In this document: positions 10,052 to 20,163 of the stretch, piece by piece
Position numbering within the stretch: position 1 is the first letter of the stretch
Layout of the letters: the number at the start of each line of letters is the position of its first letter
Origin: a virus
Taxonomy: Duplodnaviria > Heunggongvirae > Uroviricota > Caudoviricetes
DNA: 64,000 nucleotides
Virus record (IMG/VR): IMGVR_UViG_3300044796_000394
Direction: 5' to 3' (one strand)
The notes under the pieces: model-generated
The model's database searches: none
Told to the model about the DNA's origin: nothing
The model's input: the letters and a program-made list of their open reading frames with translations, nothing else
Made by a program: the position numbers and the translations under genes

Positions 10052-11031
10052 TGGTATTCTGTTCCTTTTCTACGCTGAAGATAAGCGGGGTTAATCTTCT
10101 TGAGAATGACCCGACCTATGTAATTGTTCCATCGCTCTTGTGTAGGACGAACAACCACGCCTTCCCGCATATGATCGCCCTGAAAAGCTTGGCCTTGTGA
10201 CATTGCGGCCAATAATTCTTGGTCAAACGGCCCTCTGTAAATTAGAGGTGCTGTCGGCAAATCCATATCTTGACAAAAGGAATTAAAGACATCGTAATTC
10301 ACGTAAGTGTTATTAAAAGAAATATCAAACAATCTTAATTGTATTTCAGATGATCCATACTTCAAATCCTGTACTGGGCCGAATACCTCACCGAATAAAA
10401 TCCACACGCCAGACGGCAGCTTTTCTCGCATTTTCTTTTCAATATCATTCTTGATAGCCGCACGCCAATAGATGACACTTTCACTGTACGTCTTACAGTT
10501 ATGATGACTGCCTACGTAAAATTTTCCATCAATCAGAGCGGCACGCCAATTTGTACCATGAATTTTTTCAGTCATAACAACTTCTTCGCCCGGCTCTAAA
10601 ACCTTACTGTAGTTGTTAAAATTCTGAATGTTGGTGTAATGATGGAAGAGTTCTGGTTCGGATAGATTTTGCCCCCGCAAACTCAATGGAATTGGCTGTT
10701 GATATTTAACTACGCCAAAATGCTCCGTTAAGTCCGTACCTTCTTCCCAACCACCATCATTTGGCATAATCAAGCCACATGATGTGATACCACGCAATTT
10801 AACCACCTTAACTCTTTGCTTGCTCAACATGGACGTAATGTCCCACTTGTTGCTCAAGCCCAAAGGCAAGACGCTGTCTATTGGGAAATACAAAACCGTG
10901 TCCCCGACTTTGTACTTATCCTTTTGAACTACACATGTCCAATTGTTAACTGTTGCAACCGCAAGTTTGTCAGCATTGGGATGTGGTTCAATGTTTGTTA
11001 TTTTAACGACTTCGACTTTTAATGTACTCAT
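10048..11031 (-). CDS. ATP-dependent RNA ligase (DRB0094/Rnl5-like)
   Basis: N-terminal OB segment IEPHPNADKL; motif I TEKIHGTN; FGE, FDI, REGVVV, LKKIN. Confidence 0.88.
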   Translation of the reverse strand: MSTLKVEVVKITNIEPHPNADKLAVATVNNWTCVVQKDKYKVGDTVLYFPIDSVLPLGLSNKWDITSMLSKQRVKVVKLRGITSCGLIMPNDGGWEEGTDLTEHFGVVKYQQPIPLSLRGQNLSEPELFHHYTNIQNFNNYSKVLEPGEEVVMTEKIHGTNWRAALIDGKFYVGSHHNCKTYSESVIYWRAAIKNDIEKKMREKLPSGVWILFGEVFGPVQDLKYGSSEIQLRLFDISFNNTYVNYDVFNSFCQDMDLPTAPLIYRGPFDQELLAAMSQGQAFQGDHMREGVVVRPTQERWNNYIGRVILKKINPAYLQRRKGTEYQ

Positions 11032-11111
11032 TACCTTCTAGGTTAAATCATCCCCCTGTCACCTACTGCAAATACGTAACACTCCAAGGACTCTAATCCT
11101 ACCTTTAATAA

Positions 11112-11447
11112 TTATCGCAAATTTGTTGTTAGATTTGGGCCAATGAGAGTTGGCGGTTCGAATACCGTCCAACCATTACCCTTGTTGGTATAGCAAAATA
11201 AATCAATTTCAGGCGATTTGCGTATGACTGTTTTTGCATACCGAATAAAAAAGTCTTGCACATCTTCAAAGAACATGATGTCTAAATTGCGTTTAACTGG
11301 TTGCTGGCATAGAAGAATAATTGTAGCCCACGGTGGCAACTTGATCGACAAAGATTCTAAGTGCTGGAAAACTTCTATCGGCTCTTTGTCGATGATTCCC
11401 AAAATGGAAATATCAATTTCATTTAACTTTATCCGGCTTTTACGCAT
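11112..11447 (-). CDS. Hypothetical protein
   Basis: Operon tiling only. Confidence 0.5.
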   Translation of the reverse strand: MRKSRIKLNEIDISILGIIDKEPIEVFQHLESLSIKLPPWATIILLCQQPVKRNLDIMFFEDVQDFFIRYAKTVIRKSPEIDLFCYTNKGNGWTVFEPPTLIGPNLTTNLR

Positions 11448-11830
11448 AGTGTCTTGTCTTTGAATTCGTATTGTTTATCAACGAGGTACCGCCATTCGCA
11501 GCCCTCAACCAATTCCAAATACAACAAGATCAATCCACCAATCATTTCTTGTTGTAAGTTTTTTTCCTCACACATATGAATGATTTTGGGTATCAGTCTT
11601 TCGCCCATCCTCGGACGATATTTGCTTTTTGCCAATTTATTAACACGACCCAATGCTTCATGTGCAATATCTACACTCTGAGTGAGTTTGATATTTAGTA
11701 ATTTAACGTTCTCTGGATCTTTGATCGCATAGTTGGGGATAGGCCCACCACAGTAAAAATGCTCGTTTTCGAACATTCTTTCCACAGCATCCGATTCGGT
11801 AATGGCGACAGATAGTTTTTGCTCTTCCAT
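11429..11830 (-). CDS. Hypothetical protein
   Basis: Operon tiling only. Confidence 0.55.
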   Translation of the reverse strand: MEEQKLSVAITESDAVERMFENEHFYCGGPIPNYAIKDPENVKLLNIKLTQSVDIAHEALGRVNKLAKSKYRPRMGERLIPKIIHMCEEKNLQQEMIGGLILLYLELVEGCEWRYLVDKQYEFKDKTLCVKAG

Positions 11831-11884
11831 GACATTTCCCCTGATGAAAAAAGAGTATAAACTTTCCTCTAGTCGCTTTCAATG

Positions 11885-12310
11885 TCACATATCGATTTCG
11901 CCTTCATCGATCAAAAAAGTCGGCATGTCTTTGTCGAGTTGCTCTACGACCATATAATCGTCGCTTAAACGAAGAGCTAATTTGCCGATTTTTTCCCCGT
12001 CTTCTAATATCCCTTCCAAAACATCCGTCAAATCACGATTGAGTATCGGATAACAACGCTGCAAATGGTCGAAATCACGTGAACACGCTTGAAATTTGCA
12101 AAATTTCTCCGCTAATTTTAAACGTGCTTCTGAAAACACATGACGAGGAATAACCACTCGTACTCGTTTAGGGTGTGCCATCCAAATCATACCCCTGCAT
12201 TTTGAGTTTGAGCAACCTGTACCCACCACAGTTGTTGCCCAGAGGCATACCCATACTGTATGGATCGACCCCTCTATCTTTGTGTTTCTTGATGAATTCG
12301 TCAACCTCAA
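11885..12310 (-). CDS. Hypothetical protein (true start probably near 12181)
   Basis: The 5' part overlaps the next gene; the 3' part is unique. Confidence 0.45.
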   Translation of the reverse strand: MRLTNSSRNTKIEGSIHTVWVCLWATTVVGTGCSNSKCRGMIWMAHPKRVRVVIPRHVFSEARLKLAEKFCKFQACSRDFDHLQRCYPILNRDLTDVLEGILEDGEKIGKLALRLSDDYMVVEQLDKDMPTFLIDEGEIDM

Positions 12311-12455
12311 TATCTATTTCAGGTTTCTGTTGGCGAACCATTTTTAGACAATAAAATTTTCCGATAAGTGATTCATCTTCCGCCAAATAACGACATTGCG
12401 ACGATCCACTGCCAAGCATGCAAATATCTTTGACTTGCTTCAAACTTAAAGCCAT
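12168..12455 (-). CDS. Cys-containing hypothetical protein
   Basis: AAGG SD before ATG; CM...CRYL...YCLK...NCGGY. Confidence 0.6.
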   Translation of the reverse strand: MALSLKQVKDICMLGSGSSQCRYLAEDESLIGKFYCLKMVRQQKPEIDIEVDEFIKKHKDRGVDPYSMGMPLGNNCGGYRLLKLKMQGYDLDGTP

Positions 12456-12468
12456 GATCCAACCTTAA

Positions 12469-12717
12469 TTATTCTGGATAAAAATGACGTAATATTCCAA
12501 CCGCACGCCCGGATAGCCAATCATGCAACTTATCTTCATTGTCAGTCAAAAGTTCAACTGGAATAAGAAGTGCTACACCTTTTACGTCGTCAAGACCTAA
12601 GCCGGTTTGGTCAACTAAAGAATTCAATACAGCCGATTTGGTTGTAGACTTTTGTTTAGCAACTTTACCTAAAAGTTCGTCCGTTCGTTTGTTTACATAT
12701 ATCTGATTTTTGGGCAT
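12469..12717 (-). CDS. Hypothetical protein, possible ribbon-helix-helix DNA binder
   Basis: GGAGG SD; N-terminus QIYVNKRTDELLGKVAKQKSTTKSAVLNSLV fits an RHH pattern. Confidence 0.5.
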   Translation of the reverse strand: MPKNQIYVNKRTDELLGKVAKQKSTTKSAVLNSLVDQTGLGLDDVKGVALLIPVELLTDNEDKLHDWLSGRAVGILRHFYPE

Positions 12718-12738
12718 CTTTCAATACCTCCTTTGTAA

Positions 12739-13026
12739 TTAATATTTGCCGAAACCCTTTTTGTCCTTCTTTTCCTTTTTCTCCTTGGCGTCTTCCTTGG
12801 CCTTCAATTCGGCTTCCATCGGCGCACGCTGCTTCGCCATTCTCTTACGACGACGAATATCACAAGGTCGTACAAAGAATTCATGATCCCTATACGCTTG
12901 CGTTACACCAGCATCATTACAAGCCCTCTTCAAAGCTCGCAACAAACTCTGAATTGCCTTATCACGCTCTTGCCTTCCGGCTCCCAATGGCAACCGGCGG
13001 GCTTCAACTCTAACGTTAATAGACAT
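12739..13026 (-). CDS. rpsU: Ribosomal protein bS21 homolog
   Basis: AGGAG SD 7 nt before ATG 13026; INVRV...LLRALKRAC...AYRDHEFFVRPCDIRRRKR matches the S21 pattern. Confidence 0.78.
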   Translation of the reverse strand: MSINVRVEARRLPLGAGRQERDKAIQSLLRALKRACNDAGVTQAYRDHEFFVRPCDIRRRKRMAKQRAPMEAELKAKEDAKEKKEKKDKKGFGKY

Positions 13027-13036
13027 CAACAAACTC

Positions 13037-14134
13037 CTAATCGATTTTTGATAAATTGAACAATCGGATGCCAAACTTCTTCGCTTTTCGCTCACGCACA
13101 AGACCATAAGGCGCAGGCAATGACGAAGGTAAAGTGGAAGGTAATTCGTCCCTATCAACCTTGGTTAACAAAGACTCAAGTTTAGTAATTACACCACTAA
13201 TGACATTCGCATAATCGTTCCCTTCTATCATAGTTGCAAAGGAAAAAATATACGAATGCGGTAATTGATGCCCAACTAAATCATCTACTTCATAATCTTT
13301 GCAAGCGTTATATGTTTGTCTTTCAGTAACACAAACATAAGGAGCACGGGCCAATAAAGCCAATCTACTATCCGCCGCAAACAAATCCACCAAACACCCA
13401 GAACGAATAATACTCAATTCGTCAGATGCTTTCAAGTTCGCAAAAATAGCACACCCAGTAACGCTCGGCGATATATCATAAGTCCCTGCGTTTTGTAATA
13501 TCACCGGATTATAACCCTCAGCAACCAATCTAGCTGCCAAAGCAACATACAACTGCCTGTTTACCGTTTGTCTAATAAATCTTCCTTGTCGATTTACAAT
13601 CACCGTTCGATTTGGAATAACGATAACACGATTATCACCCATTTTGGCAGCATACTCGGTTTTTACCTGTGGTATACTCGGCAAATAATTCGTAACAGAT
13701 TGAAACTTCTGAAAAAACTTTGAAGTTAATCCAAAATCATAATATTCGTCCATTGATGTCATTGTATCAGCGTATTTATTCAATTGCTTTTCCACGCAAT
13801 TTGCCGCCTCACATTGACCCCACCCAATACTCTTATTGGCAATTTCATTACAAAGACTCTGATTATTCAAACTCCAATATTCGTGCGCCAAAGGAAATAA
13901 TCCGCCACGACCAGCAGGACCGGCAATAATTAAGTTAACATCACTCTTCAAATGATGATAAAGAAATACAGACAAAGCAAATTCATGCCTGCGGTCAGCA
14001 GTCAATGGCAAAATGAGAAACTTATCCGAAACCCGATCAGAATAAACCTCTCTGGTAAACCCCGTCTTGTCAGCAATACGTTCAATAAAATCTTTCACTC
14101 TTTCCCCCAATGCTTTTTGTCTACCATATCCCAA
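13037..14134 (-). CDS. Putative GT-B glycosyltransferase (GT9/heptosyltransferase-like)
   Basis: C-terminal YVALAARLVAEGYNPVIL...ADSRLALLARAPYVCV resembles the GT9 nucleotide-binding domain. Confidence 0.4.
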   Translation of the reverse strand: MGYGRQKALGERVKDFIERIADKTGFTREVYSDRVSDKFLILPLTADRRHEFALSVFLYHHLKSDVNLIIAGPAGRGGLFPLAHEYWSLNNQSLCNEIANKSIGWGQCEAANCVEKQLNKYADTMTSMDEYYDFGLTSKFFQKFQSVTNYLPSIPQVKTEYAAKMGDNRVIVIPNRTVIVNRQGRFIRQTVNRQLYVALAARLVAEGYNPVILQNAGTYDISPSVTGCAIFANLKASDELSIIRSGCLVDLFAADSRLALLARAPYVCVTERQTYNACKDYEVDDLVGHQLPHSYIFSFATMIEGNDYANVISGVITKLESLLTKVDRDELPSTLPSSLPAPYGLVRERKAKKFGIRLFNLSKID

Positions 14135-15210
14135 TTTTCCGAATAGTTACCATTCTCTATCTCACGAACCGCTCGCCGCACAAGAGGAAATGCCGTATTG
14201 TGGTCGTTGGCAATGTCATTGAAATGGGATAAAACCAACTTCTTTTCGCCACGTGTACACAATTCTAATCTCAATCCTTCGTGCCCCGCTCCAATAATCT
14301 GATCCGGGCTTTCAAAAATGATGAAAGGCACTCCTACCAAACCCGCCAATCGTGTTGAAGCAGTCCAAAATTGTATGGTGAATTTAAGATGCGAAACCAA
14401 ACCCAGAGTACACTCCAAATCATTCGCTTCCGGCATAGAACTAAAATCTAAAATACGAGGAAACGGGCAAGGATGAATAGATGTTTTTTCCCCTAGCCAT
14501 ACAGGATGATAACCCATATCCTCTAAAAGATATATCAAACGCTCATAAAACACAGGTGGTAAATTTCTGCCGTAACAGTCACGATTGCGGGCTGTGATGC
14601 CTACCGAATTGGGTTGCAGATATTTACCCATCAACGCTTTCTTTGCATCAGAAACGTGCGGCCAAACGGCTTTTTTCTTGGCTTTTTCAATATTATCAAA
14701 CAATCCCGGTGACCAATAAGTCGCATGGCAAAACCGGCAAACTTGTGCTTCTTTAATTTGCTTGATAGCTTTGCCACATGATGGACACACAGTTAACTTC
14801 GGATACACGGCAATATTGCCCATTTCACCAGCACCCAACAAATACCCAACTTCGGACATTTTCTGTTCAATCCTAGTTAAGTTTTTTGAATGATGATGAA
14901 ATGCCCGACAATATTTTCGCAACCACATATGCTCTTCATTGATCTCCCAATATTCGTCCACTAAATGACGATACAGAAAATCTCTGCCCTTCCAACCAAT
15001 GGCAATACTGTATTTGCCCCTTAAGTGCCGCAACAATATCGGGATACAATATACGCTTCCCAATATCTCGGTACCGAACTCCGAAAAACAAGAAAATACG
15101 ACGGTGTCTTTTTTATCCGGTCTGGTTCGGACGTTAAATTTATTAACGGTGAAATTGACCTCTTCAATCGTCTCTTCTGCCTCAGATTTAGAGGTAATAA
15201 TTCTTCTCAC
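14095..15210 (-). CDS. Putative GT-B glycosyltransferase (GT9-like) with Zn-ribbon insert
   Basis: RNLPPVFYERLIYLLEDMGYHPVWLGE...LECTLGLV...ASTRLAGLVGVPFIIF; CPSC...CRFC insert. Confidence 0.45.
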   Translation of the reverse strand: MRRIITSKSEAEETIEEVNFTVNKFNVRTRPDKKDTVVFSCFSEFGTEILGSVYCIPILLRHLRGKYSIAIGWKGRDFLYRHLVDEYWEINEEHMWLRKYCRAFHHHSKNLTRIEQKMSEVGYLLGAGEMGNIAVYPKLTVCPSCGKAIKQIKEAQVCRFCHATYWSPGLFDNIEKAKKKAVWPHVSDAKKALMGKYLQPNSVGITARNRDCYGRNLPPVFYERLIYLLEDMGYHPVWLGEKTSIHPCPFPRILDFSSMPEANDLECTLGLVSHLKFTIQFWTASTRLAGLVGVPFIIFESPDQIIGAGHEGLRLELCTRGEKKLVLSHFNDIANDHNTAFPLVRRAVREIENGNYSENWDMVDKKHWGKE

Positions 15211-15228
15211 AAATGCCTACCTACTGGT

Positions 15229-15474
15229 ATGAAATATATGCTTTTCTGTCAACACTGCTCTAATAAAGTCTTTACCGATGGAAAAGACTTAGATTATCTT
15301 TACCAAGTACCTTTATCAGCAATTCCAAAAAGAGCGGATGGTAAAGATAAATCGCTTTTTGAGCAAAGAAAAAAGATCAAATGTCCTGAATGTGGCTACA
15401 TTTTCACGATTGTTAAACTCAAACCAGATGAAGTAGTATCGCCCAAAGAAGAAAAAGAAATAGAAATACCTTAA
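15229..15474 (+). CDS. Small zinc-ribbon protein
   Basis: CQHC ... CPECG; start moved to ATG 15229. Confidence 0.6.
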   Translation: MKYMLFCQHCSNKVFTDGKDLDYLYQVPLSAIPKRADGKDKSLFEQRKKIKCPECGYIFTIVKLKPDEVVSPKEEKEIEIP

Positions 15475-15478
15475 AAAT

Positions 15479-16258
15479 ATGGCACAAAAACGAAGACAGC
15501 GAAATGTAGTACAAAAAAATGGACTTGGATGGTTAAGAGACTTGCCGGATGCAAGAGACCATTATTACGAACCCCCAAAAATGCTGGACATTCCCTCCAG
15601 CGTTGACCTCCGATCCAATTTCCCCAAAGTTTACGCACAGGGCAATGTAGGGTCATGTACGGCCCAAGCGTTGGCGGCTGTACTTCAATTCGATGAAGCC
15701 AAACAAAAGCAGTCGCAGGATACGGCACCATCAAGATTGTTCGTTTATTATAATGAACGTTTACTGATGAATACAACCGAATCGGATAGCGGCGCATCAA
15801 TGAGGATCGGCATCAAGAGCCTATCTGAATATGGCTATTGTCGTGAGGATATTTGGCCGTACGATCTAAATAAATGGCGTTCCAAGCCCAATCGCACTGC
15901 TTACAGATTGGCTCTGGCACACAAAATCAAAGAGTACGCAAGAGTCGGACAGGATATTAACCAACTCAAAACAACGCTCGCTGCCGGAAATCCATTCGTT
16001 TTTGGATTTACAGCCTATCAGAGCTTTGAGTCCGATGAAGTGAAAAAGAACGGGATCTTACCAATGCCTCACAACGAAAAAGTTGTAGGTGGTCATGCCG
16101 TTGTAGCTGTCGGCTACGATGATGCCGATCAAACCTTCCTTATCAGAAATTCTTGGGGTGAAGACTGGGGCATTGAAGGATATTTCAAAATTCCATACGC
16201 CTACTTAACTGATCCCAACCTTGCTGCTGATTTTTGGATCATTTCACAGATACCTTGA
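15479..16258 (+). CDS. Papain-like (C1) cysteine protease
   Basis: QGNVGSCTAQA (Gln, Cys), GGHAVVAVGY (His), RNSWGEDWG (Asn). Confidence 0.93.
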   Translation: MAQKRRQRNVVQKNGLGWLRDLPDARDHYYEPPKMLDIPSSVDLRSNFPKVYAQGNVGSCTAQALAAVLQFDEAKQKQSQDTAPSRLFVYYNERLLMNTTESDSGASMRIGIKSLSEYGYCREDIWPYDLNKWRSKPNRTAYRLALAHKIKEYARVGQDINQLKTTLAAGNPFVFGFTAYQSFESDEVKKNGILPMPHNEKVVGGHAVVAVGYDDADQTFLIRNSWGEDWGIEGYFKIPYAYLTDPNLAADFWIISQIP

Positions 16259-16272
16259 AAATTTTCTAACTT

Positions 16273-16653
16273 ATGTCATTATGTCACAATAACTTAACAA
16301 AGGATCATATGACCAAAACCATGATTGTCGACATTGACGGCACCCTAGTATTACAAACTGAAAATTACCTTGAACAAAAAGATCAAGTCATTGCTGGAAC
16401 GTTAGAAAAGCTGAAAGAGTGGGAAAAGAAAAACTACCGGCTCATATTAATTACCGGTAGAAAAGAAGGATCTAGGCGAGTGACGATGAAGATGCTTGAC
16501 GACTTGGGAATCCACTACGATCAACTGATTATGGGAGTGGGAATCGGGCCTAGAGTCTTGATCAATGACGTTAAGCCCGAATTCCCCGATATGGTTATGG
16601 CTGAGGCGTACAATCTAAAGAGAAACGCAGGCATCACAACCATTAACACTTAA
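16273..16653 (+). CDS. Small HAD-superfamily hydrolase
   Basis: IVDIDGTL, LITGR, YDQLIMG, LIND. Confidence 0.8.
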   Translation: MSLCHNNLTKDHMTKTMIVDIDGTLVLQTENYLEQKDQVIAGTLEKLKEWEKKNYRLILITGRKEGSRRVTMKMLDDLGIHYDQLIMGVGIGPRVLINDVKPEFPDMVMAEAYNLKRNAGITTINT

Positions 16654-17459
16654 TATCCATAAACTTCTTTTTTGGCCTGTGTCCAAAATTCAAGGTCACG
16701 ACCATGTTGCCAACCCGATTGTACCCACAATTCCTTGGCTCGCTCTTTGACGGACTGCTCATTGGGGCGATTCAAAATGTGTTCCAAAACATAATGATAA
16801 TTACTCTGAGGGTTGCTTTGAGAAGTAAAAGGTGTAAACGTTAACACCCAACCTTTACGACGTACACCATTTGGTGGTGTTAGCCATGTATCGCCACCAA
16901 GAAATCTTTGAGCGGCATTCCACGTAGAAGTTGCATGAAAATACTTACACTGGTGCAGTGTTTCCCGATGCCCTCTGCCCGATTGAGTCAATGACGCTTT
17001 GAGTGCACAGGTCAAAAAGGCGTGTCTAATGGGCTGTGCTTTCCAAAACGGCCCCGGCTCAACCTGCAAAATATTATAACCAGTACTACCCTTGGGACGA
17101 TAGTTTTCCTGATAATGGAACCTAGTTTTATCTTTAACGCCAATCGTATCTTCTACCCAACCCACCATATCCATGATAGGATCAGGGTTAATGACAACAA
17201 AGTAATAACGATTTTTGGTGTCTGGTTCGTAGAATTTTTGATCATCGTCGGCGTAAGAGTGAAAAGTTTCACGACAAGCAATCCAAGTTAACGCCTTGTT
17301 TGCTTTGTCGTACTTACCAAAGTCCCCATAGTGAGGCTTGTAAAGTCCGGCAGGTTCATGAATTTGAAAATGTGGTGCGCCCATAGGCTTACTCCTTGGC
17401 TCGATGACGCTTTCTTTTTTGCGTCTCTTTAATTTATTTAAGATCCTAAACATCATCAT
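16650..17459 (-). CDS. Hypothetical protein of the W-x-x-CRE-x-FH paralog family with C-terminal DUF2934-like segment
   Basis: WIACRETFHS shared with 38253-39562; C-terminus VKERAKELWVQSGWQHGRDLEFWTQA. Confidence 0.6.
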   Translation of the reverse strand: MMMFRILNKLKRRKKESVIEPRSKPMGAPHFQIHEPAGLYKPHYGDFGKYDKANKALTWIACRETFHSYADDDQKFYEPDTKNRYYFVVINPDPIMDMVGWVEDTIGVKDKTRFHYQENYRPKGSTGYNILQVEPGPFWKAQPIRHAFLTCALKASLTQSGRGHRETLHQCKYFHATSTWNAAQRFLGGDTWLTPPNGVRRKGWVLTFTPFTSQSNPQSNYHYVLEHILNRPNEQSVKERAKELWVQSGWQHGRDLEFWTQAKKEVYGY

Positions 17460-17545
17460 TCCTTCATCCAGAAGACTGATTTAATACAGTTTAACACATT
17501 TCTTCGCCTTTACAATCCTAGAAAATACGTTATTATAAAGCTCAT

Positions 17546-20047
17546 ATGACAAGACAACAATTATTCGATTTGTGCCTCGATGGCCTCAAACAAAGAAACA
17601 TTACAACCGATGATTATAAAAATAGGTTCTCTGCCGAATGGAAAGAAATCACATCAATGGGCGAAGACAAATACTTCGCTGAGTTAATAGAAAACAAAAC
17701 CAAGTTCAAGGAAAATGAAAACAACCTCATCATACCATATCTCTTGGGAATAGTTAACGATTTCGACATAGACAAACAAGCCAAATTCATCTACGGTGAA
17801 TGGCCAGATATTGATATTGACTATATTGACGGTGTTCGTGAATACCTCAAAGAAGATTATGCTAAGAAAGCGTTCGGTGAACAATACGTTTGCAACATTG
17901 CCAACTACAACACGTTCGGCATGAAATCAGCCCTGAAAGACATGGCAAGATTATTCAGTCTACCTCACGAAGAGGTTGATGCCGTAACGAAAAACATGAA
18001 GGATAAGGATGAAGACGGCAAAATATTAACGTGGGATCAAGCTGTCGAAATCTACGACGAGTTTCGTGAGTATTGCGAAAAGAATCCAGAAGTCGCCGAA
18101 GCCGCCAAACAGCTAGTCGGTCGTATTCGTGGTCAAGGCCAACACGCTTCCGGACTGGTTGTTTCCCGTGTTCCAATTCACGAACATATTCCATTGATTC
18201 GTGGTAAAGAAGGTTCGGTAGCAGCAGCTTGGCCAGAAGGACAAAGTAGCAGCGATTTGAGCATCGTGGGTTTCATTAAGTTCGACTTCTTGGGACTAGA
18301 TGGTAATCAAAAGATCGCAAGTGCTTGTAAGATGGCCTGCTTGGAAAAAGAAGAGTACGAAAAGTGGCAAGACAAAGAAAGTGATCTATACCAAACGTCT
18401 ACCAAAGTTCTCAGTGCTGTACAAGGCGTGACTGTATGTGCTCTTCCCGGTGAAAATCAACCTTCGTGGTCCGACACTTCTTATCTTGAAGACAAGAAGT
18501 GCTTGGAAATGGCTAACCGTGGAGACCTAAGAATGGTATTCCAATTCGACGGTTCTGCGGGCATTCGTAATATGGCGAAAGAGGGTGGCGTTGACAAGTT
18601 CGATGACCTTGTAGCTTATACCTCTCTATTCCGTCCCGGCCCTATGAAACTCGGTGCCCACGAACAATACATTAAACGTAAAAGAGGAACAGAGGAATGG
18701 TCAGTGCATCCGCTACTGGCAGAAGGCCCGGCCAATCTTCAATCCACGTATGGTGTACACGTATACCAAGAGCAAATCTCACGGGTTCTCCACACGGTAG
18801 GTAAGATTCCACTCGGCGACTGTGAAACTGTACGTAAGGCTATCTCAAAGAAGAAAATTGAGAAGTTCCAAAAATACAAGGATATGTTCATTGCCAATGG
18901 ACAAATCACCTTGGGGGCGACGATTGAAGAACTGGAACACTTGTGGGCACTCCTAGAGGCGTTCGCTGGTTACGGTTTCAATCAATCACACGCAGTAGGT
19001 TATTGTTACATATCTTCAAGAATGCTTTGGCTCAAATGCCATTTGCCGAAACAATTCTTTGCTTCGATGTTAACTCACACCAAAACCAGCAGTCAAAAAG
19101 ACTATGACAAACTGAAAGAATACAAACGGGAATCAGAACGCAACAAGGTCAAAATAGAAAGACTCCACCTCAACAAGTCCAAAAACGAATTCGTCGCAGA
19201 TGACAAGTACGTCTATTGGGGATTCTGCAAGATCAAGGGTATTGGTGAAGATGCCGCCAAGAGAATTGAAGAACTTCAACCATTCGCTGGTATTGAAGAC
19301 TTCCTTACACGATACGGTACAGATGCCAAAGTTGTTCAACCGCTCATTGCTTTGGGATGTTTCCAAGAAGCCGATCCATTAACTTTGGCAACCTTCTATG
19401 AAGCATACAAAGATTACGACAAAAAAGAAAATGACCGAAACAAACGCTTCCTGAAAAACAAGGAAAAACTTGAAGCCGAAATTACAGAAGCAACTGATGC
19501 CGACAAAATCAAACTAGAAAAGAAACTCGCAACCTGTATTGCCAACAAGTATAAAAAAGACGACTTTGCGGAACGTCCAACATTGACCAACTTTAATCAC
19601 GACTTCAAGATTAAAGCCGACTTCCTTGAAATACTCAAAGACAAAACAGGGGAAGCCGCTGAAGTTGCTTATTACGGTTTTGTTTGGCAGCACCCGATTG
19701 AAAAACTGACTAACTATCAAGGTTTGACCATTGCCCAATTCATCGAAGAAGGCGAAAAGCACGGACAGATCGAAGTCCTGCTGAAAGAAGTCAAACAAGT
19801 ACAAGGCCCGAAAGCAACATACTACAGCGTCCAATTTGAAGATTCAGCATACATGAAACGGAAGATGACGTTATGGCAAAACGACTACGAAAGGTTCAAG
19901 GATGAATTTGTGGTCGGCAACTATGTTAGATTGCATGTAGACGCCCCAAAGCCTCCATATCCAACCTACGGACTTCACCAATTCCCCGGCGGAAAATGGA
20001 AAATGCCTAAAAAAGAAAGCGATTATCGAGTCGTTAGCTTGACCTAA
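17546..20047 (+). CDS. dnaE: DNA polymerase III alpha subunit-like (DnaE), lacking PHP domain
   Basis: PDIDID, GQHASGLVV, IKFDFLGL, VFQF, LFRPGPM, VYQEQ, GYGFNQSHA, C-terminal OB-like region. Confidence 0.88.
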   Translation: MTRQQLFDLCLDGLKQRNITTDDYKNRFSAEWKEITSMGEDKYFAELIENKTKFKENENNLIIPYLLGIVNDFDIDKQAKFIYGEWPDIDIDYIDGVREYLKEDYAKKAFGEQYVCNIANYNTFGMKSALKDMARLFSLPHEEVDAVTKNMKDKDEDGKILTWDQAVEIYDEFREYCEKNPEVAEAAKQLVGRIRGQGQHASGLVVSRVPIHEHIPLIRGKEGSVAAAWPEGQSSSDLSIVGFIKFDFLGLDGNQKIASACKMACLEKEEYEKWQDKESDLYQTSTKVLSAVQGVTVCALPGENQPSWSDTSYLEDKKCLEMANRGDLRMVFQFDGSAGIRNMAKEGGVDKFDDLVAYTSLFRPGPMKLGAHEQYIKRKRGTEEWSVHPLLAEGPANLQSTYGVHVYQEQISRVLHTVGKIPLGDCETVRKAISKKKIEKFQKYKDMFIANGQITLGATIEELEHLWALLEAFAGYGFNQSHAVGYCYISSRMLWLKCHLPKQFFASMLTHTKTSSQKDYDKLKEYKRESERNKVKIERLHLNKSKNEFVADDKYVYWGFCKIKGIGEDAAKRIEELQPFAGIEDFLTRYGTDAKVVQPLIALGCFQEADPLTLATFYEAYKDYDKKENDRNKRFLKNKEKLEAEITEATDADKIKLEKKLATCIANKYKKDDFAERPTLTNFNHDFKIKADFLEILKDKTGEAAEVAYYGFVWQHPIEKLTNYQGLTIAQFIEEGEKHGQIEVLLKEVKQVQGPKATYYSVQFEDSAYMKRKMTLWQNDYERFKDEFVVGNYVRLHVDAPKPPYPTYGLHQFPGGKWKMPKKESDYRVVSLT

Positions 20048-20163
20048 CCAAATGGGTCACCTGTCATTGAGCGCAAGCACCACCAAACCATTGAGTGATG
20101 AAAAACGGTCTCTATATAATGGTGATTAGATGATTTCTAAAACAATTAAATGGAGATACTCAT

